From Acidobacteriota bacterium (GTDB lineage: Bacteria > Acidobacteriota > UBA890 > WLXD01), in assembly GCA_965205505.1 (NCBI GenBank), contig CBDBHB010000006.1, positions 320,001 through 384,000 on the forward strand: a stretch of 64,000 nt of DNA, in the 5' to 3' direction. Made by a program: the position numbers and the translations under genes. This document shows, in pieces, positions 59,372-64,000 of the stretch; position 1 is the stretch's first letter, and every line of letters starts with the position of its first letter. A model generated the notes under the pieces. The model saw nothing but the letters and a program-made list of their open reading frames with translations. It made no database searches and was not told the DNA's origin.

Positions 59372-60625
59372 TCAGGCGACGATGGAATCCGCTGATCGCG
59401 GCCACCGGTAGAAGGTGAGCGCGCCGTCCTCGAGCTCTGCTTCCACCACGTCGACGGCGGTGATCTGAGCCGACGTTAGAAGCCGCGATACCGGGTCGAC
59501 GATCAAGCGCTCGGTGGCGCGCCTAAGTGGTCTCGCACCGAGAGTCGGGTCGGTGCCCGCGTCGATCACGAACGCCCGCGCTTCCGGACTCGTCTTGATC
59601 AGCAGCGGCACGCCGGCCTGCTCGAGGGCTCGCCTATTGATATCGGCAAGGAACTTGTCGAAGATCCGCCCCAGATGGTCGCTCTGCAGTGGCCGGTACA
59701 CGAGAACCTCGTCGAAGCGGTTGAGGAACTCGATCGGGAACACATTGCGCGCCGCCTCGCTGGCAATGTCGCGCAGGGTGTGCTCGGTGTCGTCCGGTGT
59801 CTCGGCGGCGCGGAAACCGATCGGGACGCGCTCCATTGCCTGGCTCATCTCGCGGCTGCCCACGTTCGACGTCATCAAGATGATCGCCCGCGTCAGGTCG
59901 GTGGTCCGGTTGTTGCCGAGGGTCACCTGCCCTTCCTCGAGGATGCCAAGCAATGCGTTCCATAGCGTGGGATGCGCCTTCTCGATCTCATCGAACAAGA
60001 TGATCGAGTACAGTTCGTTGCTGGCATCGTGCGCTCGTTCGATGAGCGCCGGTTGTTCCTCGTCTCGTTGTCCGCCGGCCTGTCGCATCTGCCAGTGCGG
60101 CAGATCAACGCGTTGCTGGCTCAACAATGGGTCGATGTCGCCACCGACATAGCCGGGCGGCGAGCCCAGCAGCTTGGCGACCTCGTGTCCATGGGCGTAC
60201 TCCTCACAGTTGATGCGGTGCAGCGCCGAGACGGATCCGAACAGTGCCTCGGCCAGCGCCAACGCGGTCTCGGTCTTGCCCACGCCGGTCGGCCCGAGCA
60301 GCATGCCGGTAAGCAACGGGCGGCGGGGATCTCGCAGCCCCGACAGCACCCTCGACCATGAGCACACCAGCGCGTCGATGGCGTCGTCCTGTCCGATGAC
60401 CCGGCGGCTCAGATGTTGTGCTAGCGGCTCGCTTTTCTCGAGGCGGCAATCAGGACGCATCGGGGTGCGCTCACCGGCGAGACGGCGGAACGACGAGGGA
60501 CTGGTTCGCCTGTCACGCGACCGCCGGCTCGGCGAACTCGGTGGGGCCGGGGGGCCCTTGCGGGTGGCCGGCTGCAGGCTTGGGGTAGCGTCGGTCTTGA
60601 CCGTGGCTGCTTTCTTCGTTGCCAT
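59372..60625 (-). CDS. Stand-alone Clp-type AAA+ ATPase with only the second (D2) module
   Basis: RBS AGGAGGT before the ATG at 60625. Motifs VIGQDDA, GPTGVGKT, GSPPGYVG, LFDEIEKAH, MTSNVG, PIGF, EFLNRFD and GARPLRR. Confidence 0.85.
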   Translation of the reverse strand: MATKKAATVKTDATPSLQPATRKGPPAPPSSPSRRSRDRRTSPSSFRRLAGERTPMRPDCRLEKSEPLAQHLSRRVIGQDDAIDALVCSWSRVLSGLRDPRRPLLTGMLLGPTGVGKTETALALAEALFGSVSALHRINCEEYAHGHEVAKLLGSPPGYVGGDIDPLLSQQRVDLPHWQMRQAGGQRDEEQPALIERAHDASNELYSIILFDEIEKAHPTLWNALLGILEEGQVTLGNNRTTDLTRAIILMTSNVGSREMSQAMERVPIGFRAAETPDDTEHTLRDIASEAARNVFPIEFLNRFDEVLVYRPLQSDHLGRIFDKFLADINRRALEQAGVPLLIKTSPEARAFVIDAGTDPTLGARPLRRATERLIVDPVSRLLTSAQITAVDVVEAELEDGALTFYRWPRSADSIVA

Positions 60626-60804
60626 CGCAGCACCTCCTGCCGCCACTCGGGCGGCCGCGAGGGGACCCTTGCCATACCTATGACTGTGCCGGACGGCACC
60701 AACCCGTTTCACGTCTGCACGATGGTTGCGAGCCAACTGTGCGAGCGACGGTGGCGCGGTATAACCACCAGCACCCTGCAATCGGAGCTTCGAGGAGCGA
60801 GCGC

Positions 60805-61131
60805 ATGAACCCCACGGATCGCTCTTCCCCGCCGGCATTGACGAGCAACCAGCGACGTCATCTGCGGGGCCTGGCACACGGCTTGGCAGCTGTGGTCCAC
60901 GTCGGCAAACAGGGCTTCACGCCGGCGGTGCGATTACAGCTCGACGCGGCGCTAGAAGATCACGAGCTCATCAAGGTGCGGCTTGCCGCGGCGCGACCGG
61001 CGCGGCCAGCCATCGCCGCCATGCTGGTGGATGCCACCGGCGCCGAACACGTGGGCTCCATCGGCGGCGTCTTGATCCTCTACCGGCGTCGAGCCGACGC
61101 CGAGCGCCGGTCAATCGTTCTCCCGACCTGA
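60805..61131 (+). CDS. yhbY: YhbY/CRM-domain RNA-binding protein
   Basis: LTSNQRRHLRGLAHGL..VVHVGKQG...HELIKV...IG..LILYR. Confidence 0.9.
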   Translation: MNPTDRSSPPALTSNQRRHLRGLAHGLAAVVHVGKQGFTPAVRLQLDAALEDHELIKVRLAAARPARPAIAAMLVDATGAEHVGSIGGVLILYRRRADAERRSIVLPT

Positions 61132-61166
61132 CCGACGATCGGCAAGACGGGCGCGCCAGCGGCCGG

Positions 61167-61829
61167 CTACGGGGCCGGATAGAGAGTTTCCAATGCCGCC
61201 TTATCGGCATCCGACAATCCGCCGATGGCTTCGATGTCGGCCCGCTCATCGAGACGAGCCCGATAGCGTTGGAAATACATCGGGATATCACCGCCGAGTC
61301 GAAACGAGTACATGACATCCTCGAACTCGGCACTGTGCGGCAACCCGAGCGCATGCCCGAACTCGTGCAAGCACGTCAAGTACACCACGGCGTCGCGGTA
61401 CAACGGATCGCGGCGAGCACGGCGGTCGATTTCCGGCCCCAAACCGCCGGTGGCCGGACGCACGAAGACCGCAGCTCCGGGCCTACCCTGATAGCTGAAC
61501 GGTCGCATCTCGCCGAACAGGCCGCCGGAGGCCGACACCCAATAGAGATGGAGCAGCGCGTCTTCCCATGGCGCTGGCTCGAGTACGAGCTGGCCGTTGG
61601 CGGCACGCTCCCAAGCGCGCAGCGCCCACACTGCGAGCTCGTCATCGCGGGCACGAAACCCGGTGTCTGGCTCACCCGATGGAACGTAGAAGCCGATGGG
61701 GTTGCGATTGTCGAGGGGACCATACCCTTGCACCCACGCAACGGCGCGGGCCGTCGAAGAGGCGACTGCAAGCAACGCGCTGCCCGCGACCACCAGACGA
61801 CGGATCAATGCCCGAGCGTCGGGTGTCAA
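61167..61829 (-). CDS. Matrixin-like (M10) zinc metalloprotease, secreted
   Basis: HEFGHALGLPHS...VMY (Met-turn) and a signal-like N-terminus. The TTG start follows the ACE stop. Confidence 0.82.
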   Translation of the reverse strand: MTPDARALIRRLVVAGSALLAVASSTARAVAWVQGYGPLDNRNPIGFYVPSGEPDTGFRARDDELAVWALRAWERAANGQLVLEPAPWEDALLHLYWVSASGGLFGEMRPFSYQGRPGAAVFVRPATGGLGPEIDRRARRDPLYRDAVVYLTCLHEFGHALGLPHSAEFEDVMYSFRLGGDIPMYFQRYRARLDERADIEAIGGLSDADKAALETLYPAP

Positions 61830-61833
61830 GCAT

Positions 61834-62631
61834 CTACCATCCGCACTGACGGTTGGCGTTCTGCTCGTCGAGCCAGGCTTGCAGGGGGGCGAAGGAGTCG
61901 AGAATGGCGGTGGCGTCCATCTCGGTCTCGCCGGTGAGCGCCTCGAGCGCCTCGGGCCACGGGCGGCTGGCTCCCATCTCGAGCATGGCGTTGAGTCGAG
62001 CTCCTGCCTCCTCGCTTCCGTAGATCGTACAGCGATGCAGCGGGCCCTCGAAGCCGGCCGCATCGCACATCGCCCGGTGGAACTGGAACTGCAGGATCCG
62101 GGCGATGAAGTACCGCGTATACGAGACCATTGCCGGGATGTGGTACTTGGCGCCCGGATCGAAGCTCTCTTCGGTTCGCTCGATCGGCGGCGCCACGCCT
62201 TGGTAGCGCTCGCGCAGCTCCCACCAGGTGCTGTTGAGCTCGTCGGCGCCGATGTCGCCACTGGAGATTTGCCAGCGCCACTGGTCGAGCATGTAGGTCC
62301 ACGGTAGTGCCGCGACGCGATCAAGCGCCATGTTCAGGAGTAGTCCAATGTCACCGGACGCAACAGGGACCTCGTCGATGAGGTCGATCTGGTGCAGTTA
62401 CTCGGGGGTGATCGACAGCGCGATGGCGTCGCCGATGGCCTCGTGAAAGCCAGGGTTGGCACCACCCTGATACATCGTTGGCTGGTCGCGGTAGGCGCGT
62501 TGGTAGAAGTTGTGGCCGAGCTCGTGATGGATGGTATCGAACGAGTCCGCCGTCTTGTCGATGCACATCTTGATGCGGTAGTCCTCGCCGTCCCCCATGT
62601 CCCAAGCACTGGCGTGGCACACAACCTGGCG
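61834..62631 (-). pseudogene. M2 peptidyl-dipeptidase A (ACE-like), 3' half, with an in-frame TAA at 62398-62400
   Basis: RQVVCHASAW, RIKMC, HHELGH, GANPGFHEAIGD, ITPE*LHQI (expected EYL), FDPGAKYH, YTRYF and LQFQFH. Confidence 0.88.
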
Positions 62632-62790
62632 GGGTGGCTCCGTGCCCTGAACTATCTGGGTATGTATCACGCAGAACGCCAAGAGCGGGCGCAGGCGGAG
62701 GGCTACTTCCGACGTTATCTGCGCTATTGGGGCGACGGTGAGATCGACCGCGACGAAGTTGCGGCGGCCCGCGCCTACCTATCCCGGTAA
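62632..62790 (+). pseudogene. Displaced 3' end of a TPR-containing protein
   Basis: GWLRALNYLGMYHAERQERAQAEGYFRRYLRYWGDGEIDRDEVAAARAYLSR* resembles a terminal TPR and has no start of its own. Confidence 0.7.
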
Positions 62791-62803
62791 TGCCGCGTTG
62801 CCC

Positions 62804-62818
62804 CACCACGGCCTGCTA
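62804..62818. repeat. 15-bp remnant of the family-A TIR
   Basis: CACCACGGCCTGCTA is identical to the TIR tip and lies in the gap before the ACE start. Confidence 0.55.
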
Positions 62819-62830
62819 AGGATCACTTCT

Positions 62831-63829
62831 ATGCTTCGAGCTGCCGCTTGTCTCCTGATTCTCCTCACCGCGTTGGCGTGCGCCGCAGCCGGCGATGGTC
62901 CGGTCACACCGGCCGACGCCGACGCATTCATCGCCGAGTCTGAGCAGCAGTTGGCAGCACTGGGCCGATCGCAAGCCAACGCCGACTGGGTGCAGGCCAC
63001 GTACATCACCTACGACAGCACCAAGGTCGCCGCCGCCGCCCAAGAGCGCATCACCACCGCGGCAGTCGATCTGGCCAACGCATCGACCCGCTTCGACGGG
63101 CTCGACCTGGCTTTCGACACCAGGCGCAAGTTGGGAATGCTCAAACGAGCTCTTTCGGTGCCGGCGCCGGCCGACGAACAGTTGATTGCGGAGATCGCGC
63201 GGCTCTCCAACGAGCTGACCGGAACCTACGGCTCGCACGAGTACTGTCGCGACGACGGCGAGTGCCTCCAAGAGCCGCACATGGTCGACATCATGGCCAA
63301 CAGCCGCGACCCCGATGAGCTTCTCGAGATTTGGCAAGGCTGGCGCACCATGGGCCCGCCCATGCGCGACGACTACATGCGGGTGATGGAGATCGCCAAT
63401 CAAGGCGCGCGCGTGCTCGGGTTTGCCGATCTCGGGGCATTGTGGCGCTCCAACTACGACATGGATCCCGATGCGTTCGCGGCAGAAGCCGAACGCCTGG
63501 TGCGCCAGGTGCAGCCGCTTTACGAGGCGCTCCAATGCCACGTCCGCGCCGGCCTCCATGACTACTATGGGTCGCGCATCGTTCCTCTGGACGGCCCTAT
63601 CCCGGCCCACCTCCTGGGCAACATGTGGGCTCAGAGCTGGACAAACGTATACGACCTCGTGGCGCCGGAGTCGTCGGCAGCGGTGTATGACCTCACGGAA
63701 CGCATTCAGCGCTCGCGAATGAGCGAGCTCGACATGGTCAGCACCGGTGAGGCGTTCTTTACATCGCTGGGCTTCCAGCAGTTGCCGGAGACCTTCTGGC
63801 AGCGTTCACTGTTCACCAAGCCGCGAGAC
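62831..63829 (+). pseudogene. M2 peptidyl-dipeptidase A (ACE-like), 5' half (333 codons), inverted relative to its 3' half
   Basis: Manual translation MLRAAACLLILLTALAC...WVQATYIT...SRDPDELLEIWQGWR...PLYEALQCHVRA...IPAHLLGNMWAQSW...FFTSLG...FWQRSLFTKPRD, after which similarity is lost abruptly. Confidence 0.88.
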
Positions 63830-64000
63830 ATGATCGGGTTGTCGACCCGCGGCATCGACGCTTCCTCCACGGCCCTGAGCTCCCGGGCGGCGGCCTCTTC
63901 GTGGCCGCCGAGCCACAACGACTCGGCGAGGATGAATCTCATCGCGAGCCCTTCATCGCTCAGGTCGCGGGTCGGCAGCAGCTCCAACGTGGTCCGTAGG
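63830..64000 (-). pseudogene. Upstream part of the TPR-containing gene, cut at the inversion breakpoint (continues beyond the window end)
   Basis: The minus frame LRTTLELLP...RFILAESLWLGGHEEAAARELRAVEEASMPRVDNPIM is helical/TPR-like and joins naturally to GWLRALNYLG. Confidence 0.65.

Noticed and set aside
61167-62324. 385-aa version of the matrixin ORF
   Set aside because: The upstream part overlaps the ACE coding frame. The real gene probably starts near 61829.
62398-62400. Stop-codon recoding (Sec/Pyl) in ACE
   Set aside because: The codon is TAA at a Tyr position, and the gene is already split by the inversion.

Overview
This is high-GC bacterial DNA, most likely from an Acidobacteriota-type genome (inferred from the TonB receptor with a carboxypeptidase-regulatory N-domain, the VWFA-related protein, the CRTAC1/ASPIC protein, DUF5916 and a TPR tail). 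No rRNA, tRNA, CRISPR array or transposase gene was recognised. Bases 1.4-36 kb form a large amine/polyamine/methyl-amine catabolic region: GcvT-like protein with two phytoene-dehydrogenase-like flavoproteins, acyl-CoA dehydrogenases, an acyl-CoA ligase, a BetI-like TetR, a PotABCD-like ABC transporter, a class III aminotransferase, a Rieske oxygenase running in frame into a PuuC-like aldehyde dehydrogenase, a pentein, an M20 amidohydrolase and a truncated spermidine dehydrogenase. Tandem CocE/NonD hydrolases and an atypical PEP carboxylase are interspersed. Bases 36-49 kb carry secreted hydrolases and transporters. Bases 49-64 kb carry DUF1326/DUF2182, ccr, a MatB-like ligase, SSS and DoxX proteins, a D2-only Clp ATPase, YhbY, a matrixin and a broken M2 (ACE-like) peptidase. 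The most unusual non-coding signal is a set of ~280-bp CTAG-bounded MITE-like elements. Two unrelated 34-bp terminal inverted repeats enclose the same cargo, a head-to-head pair of ERIC-like hairpin modules, and the elements often sit on TAG stop codons. Other notable items are a nearly balanced ~1.2-kb inversion that splits two genes, four TetR-type operators, and several single-base lesions that may be either gene decay or sequencing error.
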